Below the pieces are notes generated by a model. It did no database searches. It saw nothing but the letters and a program-made list of their open reading frames with translations, and was not told the DNA's origin. 21,762 nucleotides of DNA from an uncultured Lachnospiraceae bacterium (GTDB taxonomy: Bacteria; Bacillota; Clostridia; Lachnospirales; Lachnospiraceae): NCBI GenBank assembly GCA_964605105.1, contig CAZSBV010000005.1, forward strand, positions 1 through 21,762. The letters are read 5' to 3'. Within the stretch, counting starts at the first letter, position 1; every line of letters starts with the position of its first letter. This document shows, one piece after another, positions 12,323 through 21,170 of this stretch. The position numbers and the translations under genes are program-made.

Positions 12323-12368
12323 TAGTATTAACTTACCTTATCCTGCTATTCAGGTATAGTTAGTACTA
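12323..12368. repeat. 46-bp imperfect inverted repeat TAGTATTAACT ... AGTTAGTACTA between convergent int and endolysin
   Basis: Arms at 12323-12333 and 12358-12368 (10/11 complementary) with a 24-bp core. This is the classic attP position. Confidence 0.4.
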
Positions 12369-12371
12369 CAA

Positions 12372-12401
12372 CAAAAAAGCTCCCGATGTATACCGGGAGC
12401 T
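12372..12401 (-). terminator. Rho-independent terminator of the late (lysis) operon
   Basis: 8-bp GC-rich stem AGCTCCCG/CGGGAGCT (12378-12385 / 12394-12401) with an 8-nt loop, followed on the minus strand by TTTTTT (12372-12377), 9 nt after the lysin stop. Confidence 0.7.
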
Positions 12402-12409
12402 TAAACTAT

Positions 12410-13414
12410 TTAATTATAAAACGCTGCCTGAATCGTATTATATCCGGCAATACCATCTTCTTTTAATCCAAGCTTATGCTGCAACTGCAAACATTCACTT
12501 CTGGAAGTCTTGCCATAAAGACCATCTTCCACCTGAGCATGTCCAAGGATTTCATTGCAGCGTCCCTGAAACCAAACAACCACATGACCTTTATATCCTA
12601 CTTTCCAAGATAAACCTGCCTTATTGGCTTTCATAAGGATCTGTTTTCTGACGTACTGCGTTTTCGGTCCGTCAATTCCATCCTCTTTTAATAATTGTCC
12701 GTTCATATCAACATAAGAATCAATGTTAGCTGCCTTTTGGAAGTTAAGTATATTGATATTGCAATTACTGTTCTCTTCCGGCTCCTTAGATACCGTCTCA
12801 AAGTCTGTATAGAACTCATTTACATCGACGTTTCCATTTATGCCGGGAATTGTACCACTTGAAGTAAACTGCCAGATATCAGCCTTATTTTTTTCTTCTG
12901 TGGTGATTGCTGATGCATATCTGGCATACCAAAGATATACTTTTTCAAACTGAATGGTAATCTTGTCCATGTCAAAATAATTCTTTAAGTAGTCTTTGTT
13001 GGAATAGATTACCGGAATATATCCTAACTCTTCCACTCTTCGCATAAAGGCTACTGCCATCTTTGTGGCAAGGTCTTTAGTGATTTCCACTCCCTGAGTC
13101 CTTGCATATCTTACGGAATCATATTCCAAGTCGAAAGCAATCGGGCATTTATCCCAGTATTTCTTTGCATGCTCTACGGCATATTCCGCTTCTTTTACTG
13201 CCATTTCTTCATTGTAGGCATAAGAGAACCAGTAAAGGATTACCGGCACTCCTAAATTTACACAAGCCAAAGCATTTTTATTAAATTTCTGGTCTGTATT
13301 GTTCTTTCCAAATCCGGCACGGATTCCGATTCTTTTATATCCTGCATCACGTACTCTTTTAATATCTACATCTCCGTTGTGTGTTGAAATGTCTGGTCCC
13401 TGATAAACTGTCAT
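12410..13414 (-). CDS. Endolysin: GH25 muramidase + C-terminal peptidoglycan-binding (PG_binding_1-like) repeats
   Basis: N-terminal GPDISTHNGDVDIKRVRDAGYKRIGIRAGFG...ILYWFSYA...AFDLEYD fits GH25. C-terminal DGIDGPKTQ and EDGLYGKTS...LGLKEDGIAGYNT fit PG_binding_1. SD AGGAGG upstream. No signal peptide. Confidence 0.85.
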   Translation of the reverse strand: MTVYQGPDISTHNGDVDIKRVRDAGYKRIGIRAGFGKNNTDQKFNKNALACVNLGVPVILYWFSYAYNEEMAVKEAEYAVEHAKKYWDKCPIAFDLEYDSVRYARTQGVEITKDLATKMAVAFMRRVEELGYIPVIYSNKDYLKNYFDMDKITIQFEKVYLWYARYASAITTEEKNKADIWQFTSSGTIPGINGNVDVNEFYTDFETVSKEPEENSNCNINILNFQKAANIDSYVDMNGQLLKEDGIDGPKTQYVRKQILMKANKAGLSWKVGYKGHVVVWFQGRCNEILGHAQVEDGLYGKTSRSECLQLQHKLGLKEDGIAGYNTIQAAFYN

Positions 13415-13547
13415 GTATGTACCTCCTAATATAAATCAATATTTTTGTTTCATAAAAACAAAATACCATCATCGGCCATCTTTTATGGCAAATACTGCCG
13501 CTCACTTGCTGCTGGAGCATATAACTATAAAAATCTTTTTTTCACAA

Positions 13548-13901
13548 CTACATTCCTACCATCATAGCTTTTTCCTCTGCTTCTTTCATTTCTTCCTCCG
13601 TTATCGTAGGTTCTGAAAAAGTTTCTTCAATCCGATTGATTTCAGCCCTCCATTTTTCACGATCTTCCCGGATTGGAAAATATTCCTCTTCTGTCATGAC
13701 ACCTTCCGAGTATTTCAGTGCCTTATAATCCGATTCTGCCAACAACTTCTTCAATTCCCTGATCCTTGCATACTGTTTCTTTTGCACTTCATCGTATTCA
13801 AGACAGATTGAAAAATCACCATCTTTCACGACAATTCCATCTTCCCTGAAAAAATGGGTTATTATTCTTCCGTCCCTTGTAATAATCATATTAATTTCCA
13901 T
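13548..13901 (-). CDS. Hypothetical soluble acidic protein downstream of the tail-tip gene (start uncertain)
   Basis: The ORF is open to a TTG at 13946 with no SD. ATGs at 13901 and 13889 follow a GAAAGGA. No TM segment, so it is not a holin. Confidence 0.45.
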   Translation of the reverse strand: MEINMIITRDGRIITHFFREDGIVVKDGDFSICLEYDEVQKKQYARIRELKKLLAESDYKALKYSEGVMTEEEYFPIREDREKWRAEINRIEETFSEPTITEEEMKEAEEKAMMVGM

Positions 13902-13985
13902 CCTTTCTACTTCTTTAAGACAAAAATAGATATTAACTTCATCCAACCATAGTTAGTCACTAATACTTTACTTTTACACCACTAT

Positions 13986-16082
13986 CTATACACTTTCCGT
14001 TGTGGTGGTTTCTCCTGTTATTATCATTCCATTCACAATTTCCGCCGTGGTATATACCACGTTGAGAAATACCGGAAGCGTACAATATACCTCTTCCCCA
14101 TCTTTCCCAACAACCCAAAGTTCCTTACAGCCACTATACTTTTTGCTAACTCCTGACACATAAGTCATTTCTCCGGTCTTGGTAATCTTTACCGTGCTGG
14201 ATTCCATGCCATATGACTCATTGATAACCGCAATCTGTGGTGTCCGGATAGCAATCATTGTTTTCGCATCTATAGTCATATGTTTTTTATCTCCGGAAGA
14301 TGCTAAGTCGATCAGGTTATGTAAATCTTCATTTTCATAACCACGGATAGAACTTGTGGTATCCATTATAATCCTTCTTCCTGCAGTATCCGTCCGAATC
14401 GTGGAACCGGTAATAATCCCTTCCACAACATCCAATCCGTTTTTATCCCATCTGCCGACAACCGCCCCATCCTGATCATAAATAACCATCTGCCCGTTTA
14501 CGTTTCCACTACCACCAAGGCTTAATGTTCCGCCTCTCGCCCAATCGAACTGAATACCAATAGCAGAAAGTACATTTACAATCGCATTACCTTGCGAATC
14601 AAAACCGGATGTAAAACTTAAACCTCCATCAGTTGACACGAAGAAACCGTCACCAGTCATTTTATATACAACCGAATTAGTAACAAACTCACATACACCA
14701 TTTTCATTTTTGTAAATAGGTCTGTTGCTCTGATAGTAAATCACGCTGCCATCTGCCCGTGTTTCAGATTCCCGATACAATCCCATTGCATTAGCAGCAA
14801 GCATATTCATATTTTGAACAGCCTTATCATAGTTACTTAATTCTTCTTTTGCTTTTTTTAATTCTTCTTCTAATTCTTCTTTTAATTCTTCTTTTGCTTC
14901 TTTTGCTTCTCTTCTTGCTTTTACAATTGCCTGAGCTTCTTTGTTTATAAAACTGCTTTCATTCCTTATCGGGTTCTCAGCTTTGCACGCTATGGTTGTA
15001 AATCCGCTGATGGAATAACTTACACTGTTGATAAATGTAAAATACGCATTTCCTTTTCTGTCATAGACATAAGCAATGTCAAACGGCTCGAATAATGGAT
15101 TATTAGCAATTTGACAGCTTAATGGACGGAACTGTAAACCTATTAACCTGCTTCCTAAATACCGCGCTATTTGCGCTTCTTTGCCTGCTACAAGGTCATT
15201 ATCGGAAATAGTGATACAATAACCCTCTTCGCCCTCTAAAACCTCTGTATCGTCGTATTTGACCATTACACCGGTAATGATCACATCGTCTGTACTTACA
15301 GAAATACTTTTTATCCTTGTAACATTCTCAGGAGCAGTATCTGTAAAATTACCACCATCCCATAGAATTGTATTTGTGTAGGTCGTGAAATTCCCACCGT
15401 CATAAGTATCTGCTTTGTCATAAGCAAATAATCTTCCACCGTCTAAAATATCTTCTATCAACGTCGTGTCATACCATACTAATTCAAGGTAATCATTATT
15501 GCTGATTCTTGCATTACATCCGGCAATCTGAGCAACCCATGATACAACCTGCCTATAGGTACAATCTTCCGGTTTGTTCTGTATGATAAAATCATAATTG
15601 TCAAACCGTCCAAATCCAATATTTACACCGCAGTCAAGGCAGCAATCCGTCAAAATGCTTTGAAGTGTTGCCGGATATGCTGTAGATGCATTGTATGTTT
15701 TATCAAACAAATACATGGAATCTACACCGGAAATATTAATGACATCCCCCGGGCTGGTAGGATTGATTACGTAATATTTGCCTTTCCGTTCTTTTAAGAT
15801 AGTTCCATCTTCCAAAGTAACAGACACATACACATAAATAATTGCTTTGTAAAAATCGTACATGGAAAATTTATTTGTATGGTTTGCAATCGTAAGCGTA
15901 ATTGTTTTTCCGACTGTACTACCTACACTAAATTTTCCAGAAGTAGTTTCGTCGGTCATGGAAAAACCGCCAAGGATAAAGTCAGAAGGTTCTAAATTTA
16001 GAACCGTTCCGTCTCTCAATGTAATATCTGCATAATTTACTTTTTTTATCTGGCTTTTAAATGCCGCATTTGCATTTATCAT
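13986..16082 (-). CDS. Tail-tip / tail-associated (Tal-like, probable host-recognition) protein, 698 aa
   Basis: Position after the TMP and Dit-like gene, size, central charged coiled coil KEAKEELKEELEEELKKAKEEL, and a beta-rich C-terminal half. ATGA overlap with the upstream gene. Confidence 0.6.
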   Translation of the reverse strand: MINANAAFKSQIKKVNYADITLRDGTVLNLEPSDFILGGFSMTDETTSGKFSVGSTVGKTITLTIANHTNKFSMYDFYKAIIYVYVSVTLEDGTILKERKGKYYVINPTSPGDVINISGVDSMYLFDKTYNASTAYPATLQSILTDCCLDCGVNIGFGRFDNYDFIIQNKPEDCTYRQVVSWVAQIAGCNARISNNDYLELVWYDTTLIEDILDGGRLFAYDKADTYDGGNFTTYTNTILWDGGNFTDTAPENVTRIKSISVSTDDVIITGVMVKYDDTEVLEGEEGYCITISDNDLVAGKEAQIARYLGSRLIGLQFRPLSCQIANNPLFEPFDIAYVYDRKGNAYFTFINSVSYSISGFTTIACKAENPIRNESSFINKEAQAIVKARREAKEAKEELKEELEEELKKAKEELSNYDKAVQNMNMLAANAMGLYRESETRADGSVIYYQSNRPIYKNENGVCEFVTNSVVYKMTGDGFFVSTDGGLSFTSGFDSQGNAIVNVLSAIGIQFDWARGGTLSLGGSGNVNGQMVIYDQDGAVVGRWDKNGLDVVEGIITGSTIRTDTAGRRIIMDTTSSIRGYENEDLHNLIDLASSGDKKHMTIDAKTMIAIRTPQIAVINESYGMESSTVKITKTGEMTYVSGVSKKYSGCKELWVVGKDGEEVYCTLPVFLNVVYTTAEIVNGMIITGETTTTESV

Positions 16083-16453
16083 ATTGGTGATTCTCCTGTC
16101 ATATTAAATGAAAGTGAAGATAGCCTTTCTCCATCTTCTTCCAGAGTGCCGATTACAAACTGTCCCTGTCCTACCCTGAACATTCCGTCTCGCCATTTTC
16201 CATAAAATGGGCTGAAATAATGCAATTTAAACGCTTCGCCTTTGATGATCTGCTGCAAGATAATTGCAGCATCAGCAACAGGGATATCGGTTGCACTATA
16301 ACTAAACTGTTCCACTGTAAACAACGGGATAAAATTTGCTTCACCAGTCTGTAATCTTGTACTGTCTTCTGAATATGTAGTTTCAAATGAACTTTTCAAG
16401 TCCTCATCTGGCTGAAAAATCTCTATGTCATTAATCCTAATTTTATCCTGCAT
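16079..16453 (-). CDS. Short distal-tail-protein-like tail component (124 aa)
   Basis: Lies immediately downstream of the tape measure and is translationally coupled to the tail-tip gene. The call rests on synteny only. Confidence 0.45.
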   Translation of the reverse strand: MQDKIRINDIEIFQPDEDLKSSFETTYSEDSTRLQTGEANFIPLFTVEQFSYSATDIPVADAAIILQQIIKGEAFKLHYFSPFYGKWRDGMFRVGQGQFVIGTLEEDGERLSSLSFNMTGESPI

Positions 16454-16467
16454 AATTCACCTATACT

Positions 16468-18972
16468 CTAATTCAGCTCTACAAACATGTTTGTCCCGGT
16501 AGATGCCTGCAATAATTTAGCTTTTTCAAGCATGATTTCAAATAATTTCATTCCGTCAAAATGCACCGGTATAGTCACATTTCCGCTGATATTGCCGCCT
16601 CCAGTTTCTTCCCTTACAATTTTACGAATCAAATCTTCCGGTGCTTCAATGTTATTTCCATGTTTCTGGTCTCCGAGCATTGCTAAAAATGGAGCATTTG
16701 GTGGAATAACGGCACCGGTTGCAAGATATGGAATCTGTGGTGCGCTTACACTAGAAATATTTAAAGAAAATTCTTTACCACCAATTAAAGGAATCCAATC
16801 AGGAACATCAAATTTTAAAGAATTTAAAGCCGAAACCATGCTATTAATTCCATTAACAATACCTGAAATCATTTTATTAATAACACCAATAATTCCATTA
16901 ATAGACTTTTTGATTCCACTAACAATTCCATCCCAAATAGCAAGTACCTTATTTTTTACTTCGTTAAAAATATTTATAACTGTGTCCTTGATTGTTATAA
17001 ATATTTGCTTAAACTTATTAAATAAGCTCTCGATACCGTTAATAAGTCCCTGCATGATAAACGTTCCTATTTCTGCCATTACAGTAGATGGGGAGTGAAT
17101 ACCAAAGGCTTCGCAAAATCCGTTGTAAAAAGGATAAAAAATATTATCCATGATCCATGTACCAATATTTTTTACAATTTCCCACATTCCGTTAAGCAAT
17201 CCTTGCATGGTAAATTTACCGCCTTCAAAAGCAACTTCTTTCCACCAATCAACAATTTCATTCCATGAATCTTTAATTGTTCCCCACACAAGTTGAAGAG
17301 CTGCGCCAAATGCTGCGCCAATTCCCTCTGATACTCTGTTGACTATGCCGCTCCAATCAATTCCTCCAAAAAAATCAGTTATAGCATCACCTATTTGTTG
17401 CCAATCAATTTCTTCTACAGCTCCAACAATTAAATCCAATAATCCTTTGACTGCTTCGCCTAATGTTTTCCCTGCTTTTTGCCAATCGATTTCACTGACA
17501 ATACCATTAATACCTTCCGCCAACTTCTTTCCAAGATTTTTCCAATCAATCCCGGTAATAAATTCATAAAGAATATTAACTAATGTATTTATTCCAGCTC
17601 CTATAGTTCGTCCCAGCAAATTCCAATCAATATTTTCTACCAAGCTATTAAAAGTGCCTGTAATTCCTTCAATAAAAGGTACTATTTTATCTCTTACATT
17701 TTCCCAATTCAATGCGTCATATAAAAATTGAAGCCCTTTATTGATGCCTGACGCAAGATAGGCTCCTAAACCTTCCCAATCTTTATCTAGGAATAATTTT
17801 TTAATATTTTCAAACACTTCTTTAACTTTGTCTGCAAATGCTTGTATAGGACTTTCTATCTCTACTTCTTCAAACATATTTGTTGCAGAAATACCAGTAG
17901 TTCCTGTTTCTTCCTGTTTTGAAGTAAATGTTCTTATTTCGTCTAGTCCACTTAGATATTTCTGTGCTTTTTTGGCCGACTCTGCGGTACTATTAAGGCT
18001 TTCCGCATAATCTTCTTGTACAGCAATAGCCTTTGTATATGTATTTTTTCCGGCTAATGCAGAAAAAAAAGCTCCTACCATGTTTGCTGCTTTTGACAAC
18101 ATATCTATAAATTTTGTGAGTATAGGTGCAACTACATTTAAAATAGGCGCAAACGCTGTAGCCAGACTGTTTTTGAGCTGCGTTAAGGATGATTTTAATG
18201 CAGACATAGAGGAATTAGCTTCACTTGAATACTGTACAAGATTATTTATGCCCTCTTTTGCATACTCAACTGCTTTTCGTACTGCAGAATACAAAGACCT
18301 TATTCCTAATGAATAACCCAACATTTTTTTAAATGAAGTACCTACACCACCAATATTTTTCTTTAATGTGAGCATATATTTAGCAATTTGTTTTATTTTT
18401 TGACCAAGAATTTTAATTTCGTTCAAGACAGAACGTCCGGCAAACTGTGCTAAACTTTTTGCGGCTTTTGCTAGATTAGGTAGTAAATTTTTAAACGCTC
18501 TTTTTATTCCATTAACAGTATTTTGTAACATTATTGCGTTTTCAGATGTATAACTTTCTTGTGCTGTCATTTCTTGTAGTTTTGCCTTGGTTAAATCAAC
18601 AGCATTATTTAAAGAATACAACGTTTGTGCTGTTTCTGCTTGTTTTAATTTTGCTGTATCTAAAGCAGCAGTAGCTTTTTCAATGTCATATTCCATTTGC
18701 AAAAAAGTGCGATTATTTGTTTTTCCGCCAGTTTCTACATAGCGAATTTGTTTCTCAATGAGTTTGTCAAGTGCGACAGATGTCTTCTCCACTTCGGCTG
18801 TGTTCTGATTATGAGCTTTGGTGACTTCTTTTTGCTTTTTTAATAATTCGTACAGTTCACTTGCAGTCTTTTTGATATCTTCACTATAAGATTCAAAAGC
18901 TTCACCAAAACCGTCACTATTCACTATTGTATCTATATATACAGCACCATCACTTTTTGCCATATTATTCAC
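16468..18972 (-). CDS. Tail tape measure protein (834 aa)
   Basis: Largest tail-module ORF. Coiled-coil N-terminus, Gly/Ile/Ala-rich hydrophobic segments, and periodic IDW repeats. Lies downstream of the chaperone genes. Confidence 0.85.
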   Translation of the reverse strand: MNNMAKSDGAVYIDTIVNSDGFGEAFESYSEDIKKTASELYELLKKQKEVTKAHNQNTAEVEKTSVALDKLIEKQIRYVETGGKTNNRTFLQMEYDIEKATAALDTAKLKQAETAQTLYSLNNAVDLTKAKLQEMTAQESYTSENAIMLQNTVNGIKRAFKNLLPNLAKAAKSLAQFAGRSVLNEIKILGQKIKQIAKYMLTLKKNIGGVGTSFKKMLGYSLGIRSLYSAVRKAVEYAKEGINNLVQYSSEANSSMSALKSSLTQLKNSLATAFAPILNVVAPILTKFIDMLSKAANMVGAFFSALAGKNTYTKAIAVQEDYAESLNSTAESAKKAQKYLSGLDEIRTFTSKQEETGTTGISATNMFEEVEIESPIQAFADKVKEVFENIKKLFLDKDWEGLGAYLASGINKGLQFLYDALNWENVRDKIVPFIEGITGTFNSLVENIDWNLLGRTIGAGINTLVNILYEFITGIDWKNLGKKLAEGINGIVSEIDWQKAGKTLGEAVKGLLDLIVGAVEEIDWQQIGDAITDFFGGIDWSGIVNRVSEGIGAAFGAALQLVWGTIKDSWNEIVDWWKEVAFEGGKFTMQGLLNGMWEIVKNIGTWIMDNIFYPFYNGFCEAFGIHSPSTVMAEIGTFIMQGLINGIESLFNKFKQIFITIKDTVINIFNEVKNKVLAIWDGIVSGIKKSINGIIGVINKMISGIVNGINSMVSALNSLKFDVPDWIPLIGGKEFSLNISSVSAPQIPYLATGAVIPPNAPFLAMLGDQKHGNNIEAPEDLIRKIVREETGGGNISGNVTIPVHFDGMKLFEIMLEKAKLLQASTGTNMFVELN
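17353..17631 (-). repeat. Periodic CCAATC(A/G)AT motif (encodes IDW on the minus strand), 5 copies within the TMP
   Basis: Copies at 17353, 17401, 17482, 17542 and 17623, with spacings of 48, 81, 60 and 81 nt (all multiples of 3). Confidence 0.7.
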
Positions 18973-18992
18973 CTCTTGCTATATAAGGTTAG

Positions 18993-19016
18993 GGGCATTC
19001 ATCCAACTGAATGCCC
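18993..19016 (+). other. 9-bp GC-rich hairpin GGGCATTCA/TGAATGCCC between the Gp15-like and TMP genes
   Basis: 6-nt loop. The T-rich tail GTTTATTTCTTCTT follows only on the plus (antisense) strand. Confidence 0.5.
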
Positions 19017-19018
19017 GT

Positions 19019-19609
19019 TTATTTCTTCTTGTAACCAAAGTAATTGCGAAGAGCTTCTTTTTCTTCTTCGCTCCTTTGGGATTTTTGCTTAAATTCAATC
19101 AATGACTTATTTTCTTTGTAAAATTCCTCTTCCCACTTTTCCAGCTTTTTGCCTTTTGCTTTCTTTTGACGTATATGTATAATAGTAGAAAATAAACTTT
19201 CTCCAATTTCCATATATGCACCAAAGAAAGTCCACCAGTGCATATACTTTACGGATCTTATTTCAGTATTTAAGACCTTGTTTATCGCCGGGATAAGGAT
19301 AGGGGCATCCTGTTCCCAATCCATTGTTTTCGGTTTTTTACAGTCATCTATGATACCCATGTCAATAAATTTAACAACTTTTTCTAAAGCTTCTTTTATA
19401 TATTCTTGTGGTATACTCTCATAATCAGGAAACATAATTTCCATCATTACACTGTTTTGTATATATGCAGCTATTTCAGGATTTCTGTCTTTCAGTTCCG
19501 GGTCATTAAGGGCGGTCAAAACATCTAATACCGCCCTATAATCTGTACGAATCTCATATTCTACTCCACCAATATTTAAGGTTTTAGGAAATTCCCATGC
19601 GCTACCCAT
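19019..19609 (-). CDS. Gp15-family-like tail assembly protein
   Basis: The GVEYEIRTDYRAVLDVLTALNDPEL motif resembles the Phage_Gp15 family. Sits directly before the TMP. Own SD GAGGT and ATG. Confidence 0.55.
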   Translation of the reverse strand: MGSAWEFPKTLNIGGVEYEIRTDYRAVLDVLTALNDPELKDRNPEIAAYIQNSVMMEIMFPDYESIPQEYIKEALEKVVKFIDMGIIDDCKKPKTMDWEQDAPILIPAINKVLNTEIRSVKYMHWWTFFGAYMEIGESLFSTIIHIRQKKAKGKKLEKWEEEFYKENKSLIEFKQKSQRSEEEKEALRNYFGYKKK

Positions 19610-19614
19610 AGTAA

Positions 19615-20043
19615 TTACCTCTGATATTTGGAAGTGTATTTGCTGATTCTGGCATTAATTTTCTTCACACGTTCACCAGTTTCTTTCTCGATAGCCTGAC
19701 CAATTGCTTCAATAGCGGATTCCAAAAAGATTTTTCCACTTGGCAAAATTGTAAAAGGATTTGTGATAGTAAAAAAATCTTTTGCCACATCAGCGTTAAA
19801 AAGATAATTTATTTTTTCATAAATGACATTTTCCAATTCCACAAGTTTTTCAATATTCTGAGCAATATCATTTTCAACAAAATCAAAATTCATGATTTCA
19901 AAATTTTTAACCACCTCGTCGTATCTTTTTAAAATTCCCATATCAGCCGGGTCAAAAGAAAAACTTCCGTACACTTTTCCATTTTTGTTCGCAATATCGT
20001 AGGTCTTTAACCCGTCCTCAATAATAACTGTGTTATTACCCAT
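19615..20043 (-). CDS. Putative tail assembly chaperone
   Basis: Acidic 142-aa protein between the major tail protein and the Gp15-like/TMP genes. Called on synteny. Confidence 0.5.
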   Translation of the reverse strand: MGNNTVIIEDGLKTYDIANKNGKVYGSFSFDPADMGILKRYDEVVKNFEIMNFDFVENDIAQNIEKLVELENVIYEKINYLFNADVAKDFFTITNPFTILPSGKIFLESAIEAIGQAIEKETGERVKKINARISKYTSKYQR

Positions 20044-20065
20044 TCTTTTATTACCTCTCTTTCAA

Positions 20066-20590
20066 TTAGTCACTTAAAGATGATGTTGCTGCCGTAAATA
20101 CCGGTGCGCCTTCTAATACTGATGCTGCTGTTACTGTTCCTTTTACCCATGCACCATCTTCTGAAACTTCAAAAGGAATGTTGAATCCCTCAGTACCGCC
20201 GCCGTAAGAGGTGGGTTTAACCATTACTTCACGCACATAAGCCGTATGGGTGGTAGCTTCTAAATCCTCCACAATTACCTCTAACATAAGCGTCTTGCAA
20301 TCGTCACCTTTAAGACGCTCCATAGCAATGTCACGCAACTTGGGATATAACTTTTTTTCCGGATCCGCATAAAAAGGATCTGCACTCATGGACGGTGTGT
20401 AACCGTTGTCCCGTGTTCTTGTCTGGCCAAGAATGGTTTTTGTTTGTGATATGTCGTAATTCATCTCAACAGACATTTCTTCAATATCATCACCTAAAAT
20501 TTCAAATATTGCTTTGCTTGCATCTGCTACTTTCTTATTCCATGCTGTATCTAAATAGTGTGCCAATGCTTCACGATTTAATTTTCCCAT
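20066..20590 (-). CDS. Major tail protein
   Basis: Position upstream of the chaperones and TMP, size 174 aa, and a strong SD GAAAGGA. Called on synteny with siphovirus tail modules. Confidence 0.65.
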   Translation of the reverse strand: MGKLNREALAHYLDTAWNKKVADASKAIFEILGDDIEEMSVEMNYDISQTKTILGQTRTRDNGYTPSMSADPFYADPEKKLYPKLRDIAMERLKGDDCKTLMLEVIVEDLEATTHTAYVREVMVKPTSYGGGTEGFNIPFEVSEDGAWVKGTVTAASVLEGAPVFTAATSSLSD

Positions 20591-20666
20591 AAAAAATCCT
20601 TTCTACCTATAATTCTTAAAGGGTTTAGGTCAGCGGCTAATCTCCTAACGACTAGCCGGTTATTAG

Positions 20667-21170
20667 TTATTCTTTATATTCATTTTGATATCTTGCTGTG
20701 ATTCTGATTTCCCAATCTTCCGTTTTACCCTCATACATATTCGCAAGATATGAATTTGTTTGTCTTTTAATTTCAAGGAACTTTCGATTCCCTGTTAATG
20801 CCGGATATGCGGAAAGCTTATATGTTTCTCCATCCACGGCAATCTCTTTTCTTTCCAGCCATTTACCGATATTGTCCAGAAGTTCGGAAACCTGAGATTT
20901 CTTTTTTTCGCTCATTCCTGTATCTCTGTAAACTAATGTAAATGGGTAATAACAAATTTCTGTGGTTATACCTGTTATGCTTTTTCTGCTGGTTTCAATT
21001 ATGGAACTGCTTACCGGAATCATTGCAAATCCATGCTTTTCTTCCAGAACCGAAAAAGAAATATCGATTTCATTTTCCAATAACGGACACTGGTTCAAGA
21101 GTTGCAAAATAGCATCTTTTACTACGTCATATCCGTCTAAATCATATTGAACTACTTTTTCATTTGACAT
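20667..21170 (-). CDS. Tail terminator / head-tail joining protein (minor capsid protein family-like)
   Basis: Lies between the head-tail joining gene and the major tail protein. ATGA-type coupling with the upstream gene (shared base 21170). Confidence 0.45.
   Translation of the reverse strand: MSNEKVVQYDLDGYDVVKDAILQLLNQCPLLENEIDISFSVLEEKHGFAMIPVSSSIIETSRKSITGITTEICYYPFTLVYRDTGMSEKKKSQVSELLDNIGKWLERKEIAVDGETYKLSAYPALTGNRKFLEIKRQTNSYLANMYEGKTEDWEIRITARYQNEYKE

Noticed and set aside
16487-17098. 203-aa plus-strand ORF inside the tape measure gene
   Set aside because: It is antisense to the TMP, has no SD, and its sequence is a low-complexity mirror of the TMP repeats.
18957-18985. Plus-strand promoter-like hexamers TTGCCA-17-TATATA just before the 18993-19016 hairpin
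   Set aside because: They would give only a roughly 35-nt transcript, and the sequence is constrained by the TMP start codon and SD on the other strand. This is probably coincidental.
19019-20043. Programmed -1 frameshift (G/GT-type) between the two tail chaperone-region ORFs
   Set aside because: The ORFs are separated by a 5-nt gap. The downstream one has its own SD (GAGGT) and ATG. I saw no slippery heptamer at the junction.
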